A stretch of DNA of 32,000 nucleotides, taken from contig JAFWJH010000003.1 in NCBI GenBank assembly GCA_017511645.1, positions 70,297-102,296 of the forward strand, written 5' to 3'. Numbering within the stretch: the stretch's first letter is position 1; every line of letters starts with the position of its first letter. The notes under the pieces were generated by a model. That model saw only the letters and a program-made list of their open reading frames with translations, was not told the DNA's origin and made no database searches. Made by a program: the position numbers and the translations under genes. Source of the stretch: Candidatus Saccharimonadota bacterium (lineage in GTDB: Bacteria > Patescibacteriota > Saccharimonadia > Saccharimonadales > Saccharimonadaceae). Positions 6,992 to 16,444 of the stretch are shown piece by piece.

Positions 6992-7990
6992 ATGAAAAAG
7001 ATCTCACGTAGAGTATTAGTTACTGGCGCTTATGGATTTTTAGGTAAGTATGTTATTGCCGAATTTTTGGATAACGGATATATTGTCGTTGCTTTTGGCA
7101 GAAATAAGCAAAAAATGTCAGCTTTAAAGCAGCAATATCCGGAAATCGAATTGGCTTACGGAGATTTATGTAGTTCGTCAGATTGCTTAAAGGCTACGAA
7201 AAATATTAATATTGTCGCTCATCTCGGTGCACTTTCAACTGTGTGGGGTAAACGATCCGATTTTTTAAAAACCAATGTCGATGGTACTAAAAACATCTTG
7301 GAAGCCTGTCGTAAAAACAAAGTTAATAAACTCGTGTACATATCATCTCCCAGTATTTATGCTGGCAAATCCGATAAATTAGATATAGACGAAGATGATT
7401 ATGATAGAGACAACAAATTGAACTACTATATTGAAAGTAAAATTCTAGCCGAGAAAGCTATTGAGAAATATGATGACATTAATTGGACAATACTTCGCCC
7501 ACGAGGATTATTTGGGGTAGGTGATACAAGTATCGTTCCTAGACTAATACATGCTAACAAGAAAATAGGATTGCCTTTGTTTGGGGGCGGAAAGAACTAT
7601 GTAGATATGACGTGCGTCGAAAATGTCGCATACGCAGTGAGGCTCGCAGCAGAAAGTAAAAAGTCATCACATAAGATTTATAATATCACCAATGATGAGC
7701 CGCAAGAATTCAAAGGATTGCTGGAGGAATTATTTAAGCAACTTGGCGAAACACCAAGATACAAGAATATTAACTTAAGATTCGCCATCTCGACCGCAAC
7801 CGCCATAGAATCAATTTATAAGGTTTTTCATATTTATAAAGAGCCACCAATTACTAAATATACTATCTGCACTTTGGGCTATAGCCAGACTTTAAATATT
7901 GACAAAGCGAAGCGAGATTTGGGATATAAACCAAAGATGACATTAAGCGAAGGAATCGAGAAATATGCAACCAGCCATCAAAAGTGTTAA
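6992..7990 (+). CDS. extended SDR, NAD(P)-dependent epimerase/dehydratase / 3-beta-HSD-like reductase
   Basis: Rossmann motif VLVTGAYGFLG near the N-terminus and YxxxK as YIESK. I prefer the ATG at 6992 (GGAG 6 nt upstream) over the ORF-track start at 6947. Confidence 0.8.
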   Translation: MKKISRRVLVTGAYGFLGKYVIAEFLDNGYIVVAFGRNKQKMSALKQQYPEIELAYGDLCSSSDCLKATKNINIVAHLGALSTVWGKRSDFLKTNVDGTKNILEACRKNKVNKLVYISSPSIYAGKSDKLDIDEDDYDRDNKLNYYIESKILAEKAIEKYDDINWTILRPRGLFGVGDTSIVPRLIHANKKIGLPLFGGGKNYVDMTCVENVAYAVRLAAESKKSSHKIYNITNDEPQEFKGLLEELFKQLGETPRYKNINLRFAISTATAIESIYKVFHIYKEPPITKYTICTLGYSQTLNIDKAKRDLGYKPKMTLSEGIEKYATSHQKC

Positions 7991-8759
7991 GTATTTTAGT
8001 TGTGGATATTGTACAAATAACCTCGGTCGAGTTTTTAAGGGTATGCGTGGCGAAAAAAGAAAATTCCCAGCCGGAGCATTTTTGATTGAGCACGCTAAGC
8101 ATGGGCTGATTCTTTTTGATACAGGTTATTCTGCTAATATTTGTAAAACTGGTTTTGTTGGTAGAGCTTATAATTTCTTTAATCCCACATTAGTAGAAGA
8201 AAATGACGAGCTAAAGTATCAACTTAGTAAAATCGGGACTCGGCCGGAGGATATTAAGACAATCATACTGTCGCATTTGCACCCAGACCATATTGGTGGG
8301 CTTAGGAGTTTTGGCAAGGCGAATTTTATTGTCTCAAAAGAAACTATAAATACATACAAAAATAGAAGGATACGAGATTTAATAATGCAGCGTTTCTTTC
8401 CTGCCGATTTTGAAGATAGGGCTAACGTAATTTCAGATAAAATGATGGTAACTGAAGTTCTTGGTGCACTGAAAGGTTATGACTTGTTTAATGACGGCAG
8501 TTTAATTTTATTAAAGCTAGGTGGTCATGCTAGCGGTCAATTGGGCACTCTAATAGATAATAAGATTTTGTTAGCAGCAGACTCATGTTGGGGGAATGAT
8601 TTAATTGATCTATCGTACCATATGAAGTTTCCCGCATCATTAATACAGGACAATATGAGAGAATATCGTAATACCCTAGATAACTTAAAGTTATTAAAGA
8701 AAAAAGGTATTAATCTGGTATTTAGTCATGATGTAAATAATAAAAAGGAGCTACTATGA
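7965..8759 (+). CDS. MBL-fold metallo-hydrolase (lactonase/thioesterase-like)
   Basis: 264 aa with SHLHPDHIGG (HxHxDH) and later GGHASG and D/H ligand positions. It overlaps the SDR gene by 26 nt. Confidence 0.8.
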   Translation: MQPAIKSVKYFSCGYCTNNLGRVFKGMRGEKRKFPAGAFLIEHAKHGLILFDTGYSANICKTGFVGRAYNFFNPTLVEENDELKYQLSKIGTRPEDIKTIILSHLHPDHIGGLRSFGKANFIVSKETINTYKNRRIRDLIMQRFFPADFEDRANVISDKMMVTEVLGALKGYDLFNDGSLILLKLGGHASGQLGTLIDNKILLAADSCWGNDLIDLSYHMKFPASLIQDNMREYRNTLDNLKLLKKKGINLVFSHDVNNKKELL

Positions 8760-10033
8760 ATAAAGGCTTAATTCTTAAAACATTTATTCGTGCCCGCTAT
8801 TTTCACAAATTTAAAAGTCGAAGGAGGCTGGAAAAATATCAGCAAAAGCAGACAAAAAAACAACTAGATTTCTTCGAACGCCATTCCCCGTATTTCCAAA
8901 AGTTTAGTGGCAAAACTTTTGAAGAGTTGCCGTATATGAATAAAAAAGTCATGATGGATAATTTTGACAGAATGAATACAGCCGGAATATCAAAGGACGA
9001 TGCCCTTAAGCTAGCTATTAATAGCGAAAAAAGCCGTGATTTTTCAGAAAAGCTGAATGGCTACTCTGTTGGGCTGTCATCTGGGACAAGTGGACACCGT
9101 GGGGTGTTTGTCCTTAGCGACGACGAAATCGCAACGTGGGTGGGTGGCATGATGGCAAAAATGCTACCGAAAGGTAAGATCTTTGGGACCAAAGTTGCGT
9201 TTTTCCTTCGGGCCGACAATAACTTATATGAGTCATCAAATAGTAAGATACTTAAATTTGAGTTTTTTGACATCTTAAAGCCAATGGAACAAAATATAAT
9301 AAAATTACAGGAGTTTCAGCCGACAATTTTGGTCGCACCGCCATCTGTACTGCTCATACTAGCGGAGACTGCCAAAGTCAAGAAGCTGAGCATTAATCCA
9401 GTAAGGATTATATCAGTTGCAGAAGTATTAACAGAAAAAGACGAACAATATTTGAAAAGGGTTTTCAAGCAAAAGATAATATACCAAGTATATCAATGCA
9501 CCGAAGGGTTCCTTGGATACACTTGCGAGTATGGCTCCCTACATCTCAACGAGGATGTTGTAGTGGTTGAAAAGGAGTATCTTGACGACACAAGATTTAC
9601 TCCGGTTATCACGGACTTTGTTAGGACGACTCAACCTATTGTCAAATATCGATTAAACGATATTTTGGTTGAAGATAGAAGGCCATGTAAATGCGGGACA
9701 TCTATGACAAGGCTTAAAAAGATCGAAGGAAGGATGGATGATGTTTTTGAATTTGATGGCGTAAATGATAGAACGATAAAAGTATTCCCTGATTTTATTT
9801 CCAGAGTGGTACTCTACGTGCCCAAAATAAAGAATTATAGAGTAGTACAAGAATCATCCAAAAAAGTCATTTTTTATCTAGATAATATAGACATTGAAAA
9901 TCAAAGACTAATCAAAGAAGAGTTAAAAACTCTCGCTAAGAGAATGCGTTTCAAAATGCCAGCCACTACTTTTAAGAAATATGAATCTGATTTTAGTAAA
10001 AAGATGAAGCGAGTGGAAAGGATAAAAAAATGA
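8756..10033 (+). CDS. PaaK / coenzyme F390 synthetase-related adenylate-forming enzyme
   Basis: 425 aa with GLSSGTSGHRGVF (P-loop-like ANL motif of the PaaK/F390 clade). ATGA start/stop overlap with the MBL gene. Confidence 0.7.
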   Translation: MNKGLILKTFIRARYFHKFKSRRRLEKYQQKQTKKQLDFFERHSPYFQKFSGKTFEELPYMNKKVMMDNFDRMNTAGISKDDALKLAINSEKSRDFSEKLNGYSVGLSSGTSGHRGVFVLSDDEIATWVGGMMAKMLPKGKIFGTKVAFFLRADNNLYESSNSKILKFEFFDILKPMEQNIIKLQEFQPTILVAPPSVLLILAETAKVKKLSINPVRIISVAEVLTEKDEQYLKRVFKQKIIYQVYQCTEGFLGYTCEYGSLHLNEDVVVVEKEYLDDTRFTPVITDFVRTTQPIVKYRLNDILVEDRRPCKCGTSMTRLKKIEGRMDDVFEFDGVNDRTIKVFPDFISRVVLYVPKIKNYRVVQESSKKVIFYLDNIDIENQRLIKEELKTLAKRMRFKMPATTFKKYESDFSKKMKRVERIKK

Positions 10034-10962
10034 GAAATTGTAAAATATCGGGCTATGGATATTATTTACCAAAAAACATAGTGACATTTGGTAATCAAAT
10101 TAGGTACAGAGCTTCAGGCAAGGAAAATCAACTTTTTATGGCGACAAATGCCGCTAAAAAGGCGATGAAAAATGCTAGGCTAAAACCAGAAAATATTGAT
10201 TTGATAATAGCCGCTTCGGCAGTAGGTATCCAACCAATCCCCTGTACGGCAAGCTTAATTCATGAACAAATAATGAACGACTACAACATTCCTGCTATGG
10301 ATATTAATACTACTTGTACTAGCTTTATAACCGCACTGGATATTGCATCGTATCTGATTGCAGCTGGAACATATAAAAATATCTTAATTGTATCAAGCGA
10401 GCTGGCTAGCCCTGGGCTTCCGAAAGATAAAAAAGAAATCTATGAACTATTCTCTGACGGAGCCGCGGCAATTGTACTTTCTCATACTAACGATACGAAA
10501 CGAGGTGTAATAGCCTCTAAACAGTGCACTTGGTCAGAAAGCGCGCACGCGACAGAAATTGTAGGTGGATTAACCGGACTTAATGCCACTAAAATGAACA
10601 ATAAAAACCGAGACAAATATTACTTTAAAATGGAGGGGCTCGATATATTACGTGCATGCACGCGAAAATTACCAAAAATGTTTGACGATTTTGAAAAAGA
10701 GACTAATCTATCATTGGACGATGTAGACTTAGTAATCCCACATCAGGCGAGCAAGGCATTGCCCTTGATTATGAAAAAATTGGGAGTACCAGAAGAAAAA
10801 TACGTTAATCGTGTTGATAACTTTGGTAATCAAGTGTCCGTTTCGGTTCCATTCATGTTATGCAAAATGCTAGAAGAAGGAAAAATCCATACTAGTGACA
10901 AAGTAATGCTATGTGGGACTGCAGCAGGGTTAACATCTAATATATTATTAATGGAGATATAA
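10030..10962 (+). CDS. KAS III / FabH-like thiolase-fold condensing enzyme
   Basis: 310 aa. Candidate Cys-His-Asn triad in DINTTCTSF, VIPHQAS and NFGNQVSVS. ATGA overlap with the upstream gene. Confidence 0.85.
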   Translation: MRNCKISGYGYYLPKNIVTFGNQIRYRASGKENQLFMATNAAKKAMKNARLKPENIDLIIAASAVGIQPIPCTASLIHEQIMNDYNIPAMDINTTCTSFITALDIASYLIAAGTYKNILIVSSELASPGLPKDKKEIYELFSDGAAAIVLSHTNDTKRGVIASKQCTWSESAHATEIVGGLTGLNATKMNNKNRDKYYFKMEGLDILRACTRKLPKMFDDFEKETNLSLDDVDLVIPHQASKALPLIMKKLGVPEEKYVNRVDNFGNQVSVSVPFMLCKMLEEGKIHTSDKVMLCGTAAGLTSNILLMEI

Positions 10963-10963
10963 A

Positions 10964-11200
10964 ATGTTGGAAGAATTTAAAAAGTTTCTAGATGAGGAAT
11001 TGGGCATAGACGATGATATTACATTAGAAACTAGCCTAAGAGACGATTTGATGATTGATAGCTTGGCGACTACGCAATTAGTGCTCTCACTTGAAGAAAA
11101 ATACAATATAAAAGTAGAGCAAAGCGAGCTCGCTAAACTAAAGACCGTAAAGAATTGTTTGGATTTGCTAGCGGAGAAAGGTATAGAAAGTGCCAATTGA
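10964..11200 (+). CDS. acyl carrier protein (ACP-1)
   Basis: 78 aa, acidic, with the phosphopantetheine site motif LMIDSLATTQLV. Confidence 0.8.
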   Translation: MLEEFKKFLDEELGIDDDITLETSLRDDLMIDSLATTQLVLSLEEKYNIKVEQSELAKLKTVKNCLDLLAEKGIESAN

Positions 11201-11555
11201 TAAACTGAAGAAGATTTTAGCCGATTTCGATAGTTCTGATGCAACCGAATTTGAGTACGAGGATGCCGATTTTAGAGTTTCTATAAAGAAGAATGGTCCT
11301 AAAACGGATCAAGAAAAGACTGACTATTCAGATAAACATATTTTGTCGCCGCTGGTAGGCACTTATTATGATGTATCCCCAACCATACAAATAAACGAAA
11401 GAGTTAAAGAAGGTCAGTCTTTATGTATCATTGAAAGCATGAAAATAATGAATAAAATTTGTGCACCGGCTGATTTGATTATTAGAAAAACGTATTTTGA
11501 AAACGGAGAGAGTGTAGAATTTGGCTCTAAGCTTTTTGAGGTTGATTATATATGA
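11190..11555 (+). CDS. accB: biotin carboxyl carrier protein of acetyl-CoA carboxylase
   Basis: 121 aa with a GTG start overlapping ACP-1 by 11 nt. Biotinyl-lysine motif CIIESMKIMNKI in a lipoyl/biotinyl-type C-terminal domain. Confidence 0.8.
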   Translation: MPIDKLKKILADFDSSDATEFEYEDADFRVSIKKNGPKTDQEKTDYSDKHILSPLVGTYYDVSPTIQINERVKEGQSLCIIESMKIMNKICAPADLIIRKTYFENGESVEFGSKLFEVDYI

Positions 11556-12814
11556 TTCAAAAAGTACTAATTGCAAATAGAGGAGAAATAGCAGTAAGAA
11601 TAATACAGACCTGCCGTATTTTGGGTATTAGAACGGTTGTGGCATACTCAAAATGCGATAAAGATACTATGGCGGTATTCTTGGCTGATGAGGCGATTTG
11701 TATTGGTGATAGCAGTCCATCGGATTCGTATCTCAACATTCCAGCAATTCTAGAGGCGGCAAAAAATACGGGATGTGATTCTTTGCATCCAGGGTATGGC
11801 TTTTTAAGCGAAAATGATGAGTTTGCAAAACGAGCCCATGAAAGTGGAATTATATTTATTGGGCCATCAAGCAACATTTTAGAAAAAACTGCAAATAAAT
11901 TCCGAATGAAAGAAACGGCAAGAAAATTAGGAATTCCAGTTATCCCATCAGCTGATGAAGATAAATGTCCACTAATGATTAAATCAAGCTATGGTGGTGG
12001 CGGAAAAGGCATAAAAATAGTAAAAAACAGAGGGGATTTCGACTATTGTCTCAAATCTGCCAAACTAAGTTTGAATACTGGGTTTAGTGGAGACAATTTC
12101 TTCTTGGAACAAATAATAGATTTATATAAGCATATAGATATACAGTTTGTTGCGGACAAATTCGGCAAAATTTCTATTCTACCGGCCAGAGACTGCTCCG
12201 TGCAATCACATTATCAGAAGGTTATCGAAGAAACCCCAGTGTCTAATATACCAAAAGAGCTATTGGAAAAAATGGAACAAGACGCTGTCAAACTTATAAA
12301 AGAGGTTGGATTTGATAATGTCGGGACGATTGAGTTTTTGGTGGATAAACAGATGAACTATTATTTTCTTGAAATAAATTCTAGATTACAAGTCGAACAT
12401 ACTGTAACAGAAGAGGTCACGGGTATAGATCTTGTTGAACAGCAGATCAGAATAGCTTCAGGTCAGAAGAATCGTCTGCCTATGAAAGTGAGTGCTAAAA
12501 AATGTGCCATCGAATGCAGGCTATCTGCTAAGGATAATGGCGAGCTTAATATATTTAGCTTACCTACGGGAAAAGATGTGCGAATAGACACATATATTTA
12601 TCAAGGATACCGAATAAAGCCATATTATGATCCGCTGATTGCAAAAATAATAGTAAGCGACAAGGAAAGGCGGAGGGCGATCTCAAAGATGAAACTCGCA
12701 CTTGATGAAATAATTATTTTAGGTGCTCATACTAACGTTGATGAACTCTACGAGACTATTAGCCGAGAAGATTATATAGTGGGTAGCTATAGCTATTTTG
12801 GAGAGAATGAGTAA
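11552..12814 (+). CDS. accC: biotin carboxylase
   Basis: 420 aa with KVLIANRGEIAVRII.., the ATP-grasp glycine-rich loop SSYGGGGKGIKIV and ..EINSRLQVEHTVTE... Confidence 0.9.
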   Translation: MIQKVLIANRGEIAVRIIQTCRILGIRTVVAYSKCDKDTMAVFLADEAICIGDSSPSDSYLNIPAILEAAKNTGCDSLHPGYGFLSENDEFAKRAHESGIIFIGPSSNILEKTANKFRMKETARKLGIPVIPSADEDKCPLMIKSSYGGGGKGIKIVKNRGDFDYCLKSAKLSLNTGFSGDNFFLEQIIDLYKHIDIQFVADKFGKISILPARDCSVQSHYQKVIEETPVSNIPKELLEKMEQDAVKLIKEVGFDNVGTIEFLVDKQMNYYFLEINSRLQVEHTVTEEVTGIDLVEQQIRIASGQKNRLPMKVSAKKCAIECRLSAKDNGELNIFSLPTGKDVRIDTYIYQGYRIKPYYDPLIAKIIVSDKERRRAISKMKLALDEIIILGAHTNVDELYETISREDYIVGSYSYFGENE

Positions 12815-14436
12815 TGAGTATCCTGGATGAGCAGAAGATAAAAATAAAGAAGCGTAACGCTAGAATCTTAAATAGACCAGCCTGTTCAAACTGCGGTGAC
12901 GAATTGGACGAACTTCTAGTGTGCAAAAATTGCAAACACCATGAGAGGATGCCAGCTCTAAAAAGAATAGAAATTATACGAAAGAATGGTGGAAAATTCA
13001 AACAACTTTTAGCAGAATACGATATAGATAATTCAAGAACATATGATTATAGTGAAAAATTTGAACGGGACAAAAATCGTACCGGCCTCTCTGAATCCGT
13101 CATTGTCGGCAAATGTAAAGTAAACGGTAAAATTTTTATTACTATACTAATGGAACGATATTTTATGGTTGGTACTTTATCGAAGGCAAATGGTGAAAAA
13201 ATCGCGAAAGCCTTCGAATATGCAACAAAGAGTAATCTTCCTGTTGTGGCTTTCTGCGCTGGAGGCGGAGTGCGTATGCAAGAGGGCGCTGTGGGCTTAG
13301 TACAAATGGCGAAGATTGATGCTACTTTGATGAAATTTCGCAAAAAAGGCCTGCCGTTTATTTCTGTTTTAACGGATCCAACTTATGGCGGCACTACTGC
13401 ATCTTTTGGATTAATGGGTGATATAAATATCGCTGAGCCAAATTCCTCAATTGGGTTCGGCGGCAAGATGCTGGTGAAAGACATATTACACGAACAGGTT
13501 GCTGACGATTTTCAAAGTGCAAAATACGTGTTGAAAAGCGGCGGGCTAGACATGATTTGTGAGCGAAAAGATATATTGAATACAATTATTGAGCTTTTAG
13601 CTATACTAAACAAGAACAATTCAATTAAAGCTGAGAATGAAAAACCAGAATATGACCATGGCAATAAAAAACCAGAAATAGTTCTCCAAAATATTAGAAA
13701 CAACTCTAAAACAGTTGGAATCGATTATCTCTTTAAACTTTTTGACAACCCCATAATATTAAAAGGAGATCGAATTTCTTATGATGATCCAAGTTTACTC
13801 ACTGGACTCGGAGAAATATCTGGCATAAAAACAGCTTTCATCATCCAGAATAAAGGCAGAAATCTGAGAGAGAATATAGAGAATAATTACGGAATGACTA
13901 GACCAGAAGGCTTTAGGAAGGCCATTAGAATAGCAAAATTGGCCGAAAGGTTTCACTTGCCCGTTCTGATATTGCTCGATAGTCCTGGGGCGCATCCTGG
14001 AGATGTTGCAGAAAAGAATTGTCAAAGTATTGCCATTTCGGAAAGTATGCTCAATTTGCTGGAAACAAAAACACCAATAGTATCAATAGTGACTGGAGAA
14101 GGTTGTAGCGGTGGTGCATTGGGCTTATCGATTTCGGACGTACTCGCAATGTTTAGTGGAGCAACTTACTCCGTCATATCACCTGAATCCTATTCTGCAA
14201 TTATTTTTAATAAACCCGAAGTCCAGCCAGAATTATTAGCAAACATGAAGTTTACAGCTAAAGATTTATATAACGAGGGATTAGTTGACGAGATTCTAAA
14301 AGAAGGTACATTGGAATATAACACTTTGCAAATAGAGCGCTATTTTGCAGAGTCCTTAGTACGTTTAAGCAAATTTGATATAAAACAATTACTTGATAGA
14401 CGGTATAATAGAATAAGGAACTGGGATAAGCAATGA
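12814..14436 (+). CDS. fused acetyl-CoA carboxylase carboxyltransferase, beta (AccD) plus alpha (AccA)
   Basis: 540 aa. The N-terminal half has the AccD zinc ribbon CSNCG..CKNCKHH and ..GGGVRMQEG..ISVLTDPTYGGTTASF... The C-terminal half has AccA motifs ..NYGMTRPEGFRKA..LLDSPGAHPG..GEGCSGGAL..YSVISPE... Confidence 0.85.
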   Translation: MSILDEQKIKIKKRNARILNRPACSNCGDELDELLVCKNCKHHERMPALKRIEIIRKNGGKFKQLLAEYDIDNSRTYDYSEKFERDKNRTGLSESVIVGKCKVNGKIFITILMERYFMVGTLSKANGEKIAKAFEYATKSNLPVVAFCAGGGVRMQEGAVGLVQMAKIDATLMKFRKKGLPFISVLTDPTYGGTTASFGLMGDINIAEPNSSIGFGGKMLVKDILHEQVADDFQSAKYVLKSGGLDMICERKDILNTIIELLAILNKNNSIKAENEKPEYDHGNKKPEIVLQNIRNNSKTVGIDYLFKLFDNPIILKGDRISYDDPSLLTGLGEISGIKTAFIIQNKGRNLRENIENNYGMTRPEGFRKAIRIAKLAERFHLPVLILLDSPGAHPGDVAEKNCQSIAISESMLNLLETKTPIVSIVTGEGCSGGALGLSISDVLAMFSGATYSVISPESYSAIIFNKPEVQPELLANMKFTAKDLYNEGLVDEILKEGTLEYNTLQIERYFAESLVRLSKFDIKQLLDRRYNRIRNWDKQ

Positions 14437-15221
14437 AACGAGCGTTTATTTTTACTGGACAAGGAGAAGGACTGGGAATTCATAATCCTCAGCTAGCCAC
14501 TTTTTGGATGAGCATTGCTTTAGCGAAAATTTTAATCGCAAATGATATTAAGCCAGATGCGATAGCAGGTCTTAGCCTTGGGGAATATGCGTGTTTTGCT
14601 GTTGCGGATGTTTTTAACGTTGAAGAGCTAGAGCAAATCCTAATATTTAGGCAAAAAATAATGGATGATGCATTAAGAGGCTCAAATACTTCTATGGTGG
14701 CGTGCCTTGGTATGTCAGCAAAAGAAATTGAGAAAATGGCAACGAGGTGCGGTCTTTTTGTTACAAATTATAATTCACCTATGCAAACCGTAGTCGGAGG
14801 AGAAAAGACAAGAATAAAGGAGTTTAAGGATGCTTTCCGGCAATTTAAAAACGCATCGACAATTGATTTGCGAGTAACTGGCGCCTTCCATTCCCCATGT
14901 TTAAATAGTGCCAGCGAAAAGATGAGGAGATTTTTAGATAGCTTTTGCGAGAAAACGCCTACTATACCGATTTATTGTAACTTAACTGGCAAGAAAATAA
15001 TCAAAGATGTCAGAGGAGCGATGGTGAAGCATTTAGTGAGCCCGGTACAATTCCAAAGCATTATTGAAAATATGTTGGATGACTCAGTAGATGAATTTAT
15101 CAGCATCGGCATTGGAACTACGCCGGTAAATCTAATTCGTCAAATATGCAAAGAAAAGGGGGTTCGAGCTAGAGTAAGGAAAGTTGAGTCGCTAGAAGAT
15201 ATTGAAAGGATTATAAAATGA
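14433..15221 (+). CDS. malonyl-CoA:ACP transacylase-like acyltransferase (short FabD)
   Basis: 262 aa with FTGQGEG, the nucleophile motif GLSLGEY, a conserved Arg in ..LIFRQKIM.. and GAFHSP. It is ~45 aa shorter than E. coli FabD between the first two motifs. Confidence 0.8.
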   Translation: MKRAFIFTGQGEGLGIHNPQLATFWMSIALAKILIANDIKPDAIAGLSLGEYACFAVADVFNVEELEQILIFRQKIMDDALRGSNTSMVACLGMSAKEIEKMATRCGLFVTNYNSPMQTVVGGEKTRIKEFKDAFRQFKNASTIDLRVTGAFHSPCLNSASEKMRRFLDSFCEKTPTIPIYCNLTGKKIIKDVRGAMVKHLVSPVQFQSIIENMLDDSVDEFISIGIGTTPVNLIRQICKEKGVRARVRKVESLEDIERIIK

Positions 15222-16444
15222 GACGAGTGGTAGTAACTGGGTTAGGTGCGATTACTCCTATTGGCAATAATGCAAAAGACTTCTGGAATAGCCTAAAGTC
15301 TGGCGAAGATGGCATTAGTGTCTTAGATACGGAAGAATTCGCCGAGTCGTCCGTAAAGTTAGCGGCAACTGTCAAAGATTTAGACTTATCATCCTTGCCA
15401 AAAAGAGATACAAAATTCGATTCGAGATTTACAAATTTTGCGAGAATTGCCGGACGTGAAGCATGGAATGATTCCGGACTAGATATGGCTTTAGAAGATG
15501 CTAAGAAGGTCGGAGTTTATATTTCTACAAGCATTGGTGGACCAGAGACATTGAGTGACGGTGTTAGACAATTAGACACAAAAGGCGCAGCCAGAATTTC
15601 ACCATATTTCCTACAATCAGTTTTGCCAAATACGGCCGCAGCAAAAGTATCAATAGATTTAGGTGCTAAAGGGAGTAGTATGTGTCATGTAGCGGCCTGC
15701 GCAAGTGGTGGCATATCAATAGGTGAAGCATTTCTAAAAATCAGAGATGGAGATAATAATATTTTCGTTGCTGGAGCAGCAGATGCATCTATAACTCCAC
15801 TAACCCTCGCCGGCTTCGCCGCAATGAGGGCTATATATACTGGCGAAGACAAAAAATGCGCTTCAATTCCTTTCAATAAAAAGCGTAGTGGTTTTCTGAT
15901 AGGAGAGGGTGCTGGTGTTCTAGTTTTGGAAGAGCTATCTCACGCGCTAAAAAGAAAGGCTAAGATATATGCCGAGATTGTAGGATACGCTAATAATTCG
16001 GATGCTTTTAATATGGTATCACCAGACTACGAAGGCCTATCGAGCAAGGATGCTATGTTGGGTGCTATTGCCTGCGCCGAGATTAATCCTGACAATATCG
16101 GGTATATCAATGCGCATGGCACATCTACGATATTGGGTGACAAAACTGAAGCAAAAGCCATCCGCGAGATATGGAGTAAGGAATGTCCACCCGTGTCGTC
16201 GATTAAGTCGCAAATCGGGCACTTGCTTAGCGCTAGCGGTGCAGTAGAGGCCATAGCTACGATATTAATGCTGGGGAGCGGAATTATACCCGGTAGTACT
16301 TACAAGTTGGATCTAGAAGACGACTGTGTCTTGAATATCTCTGAAAAAGAGCGGTTGGCCAACGCTAACTATGCTCTATCTAATTCATTTGGTTTCGGTG
16401 GCCATAATGCCTGTCTGGTATTTAAGAAATGGAGCGCGCAATGA
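15218..16444 (+). CDS. fabF: beta-ketoacyl-ACP synthase II
   Basis: 408 aa with VVVTGLGAITPIGN, active-site AACASGG, HGTST, GHLLSASG and NSFGFGGHNA. Confidence 0.9.
   Translation: MRRVVVTGLGAITPIGNNAKDFWNSLKSGEDGISVLDTEEFAESSVKLAATVKDLDLSSLPKRDTKFDSRFTNFARIAGREAWNDSGLDMALEDAKKVGVYISTSIGGPETLSDGVRQLDTKGAARISPYFLQSVLPNTAAAKVSIDLGAKGSSMCHVAACASGGISIGEAFLKIRDGDNNIFVAGAADASITPLTLAGFAAMRAIYTGEDKKCASIPFNKKRSGFLIGEGAGVLVLEELSHALKRKAKIYAEIVGYANNSDAFNMVSPDYEGLSSKDAMLGAIACAEINPDNIGYINAHGTSTILGDKTEAKAIREIWSKECPPVSSIKSQIGHLLSASGAVEAIATILMLGSGIIPGSTYKLDLEDDCVLNISEKERLANANYALSNSFGFGGHNACLVFKKWSAQ

Noticed and set aside
9407-9415. Antisense TGATATAAT inside the F390-like gene as an internal antisense promoter
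   Set aside because: It is a single 9-mer in very AT-rich coding sequence with no associated downstream ORF or terminator, so it is most likely chance.
16429-16440. Longer birA start (MERAM..)
   Set aside because: The ATG at 16441 forms the ATGA stop/start overlap used throughout the operon and has GGAG at 16431-16434.
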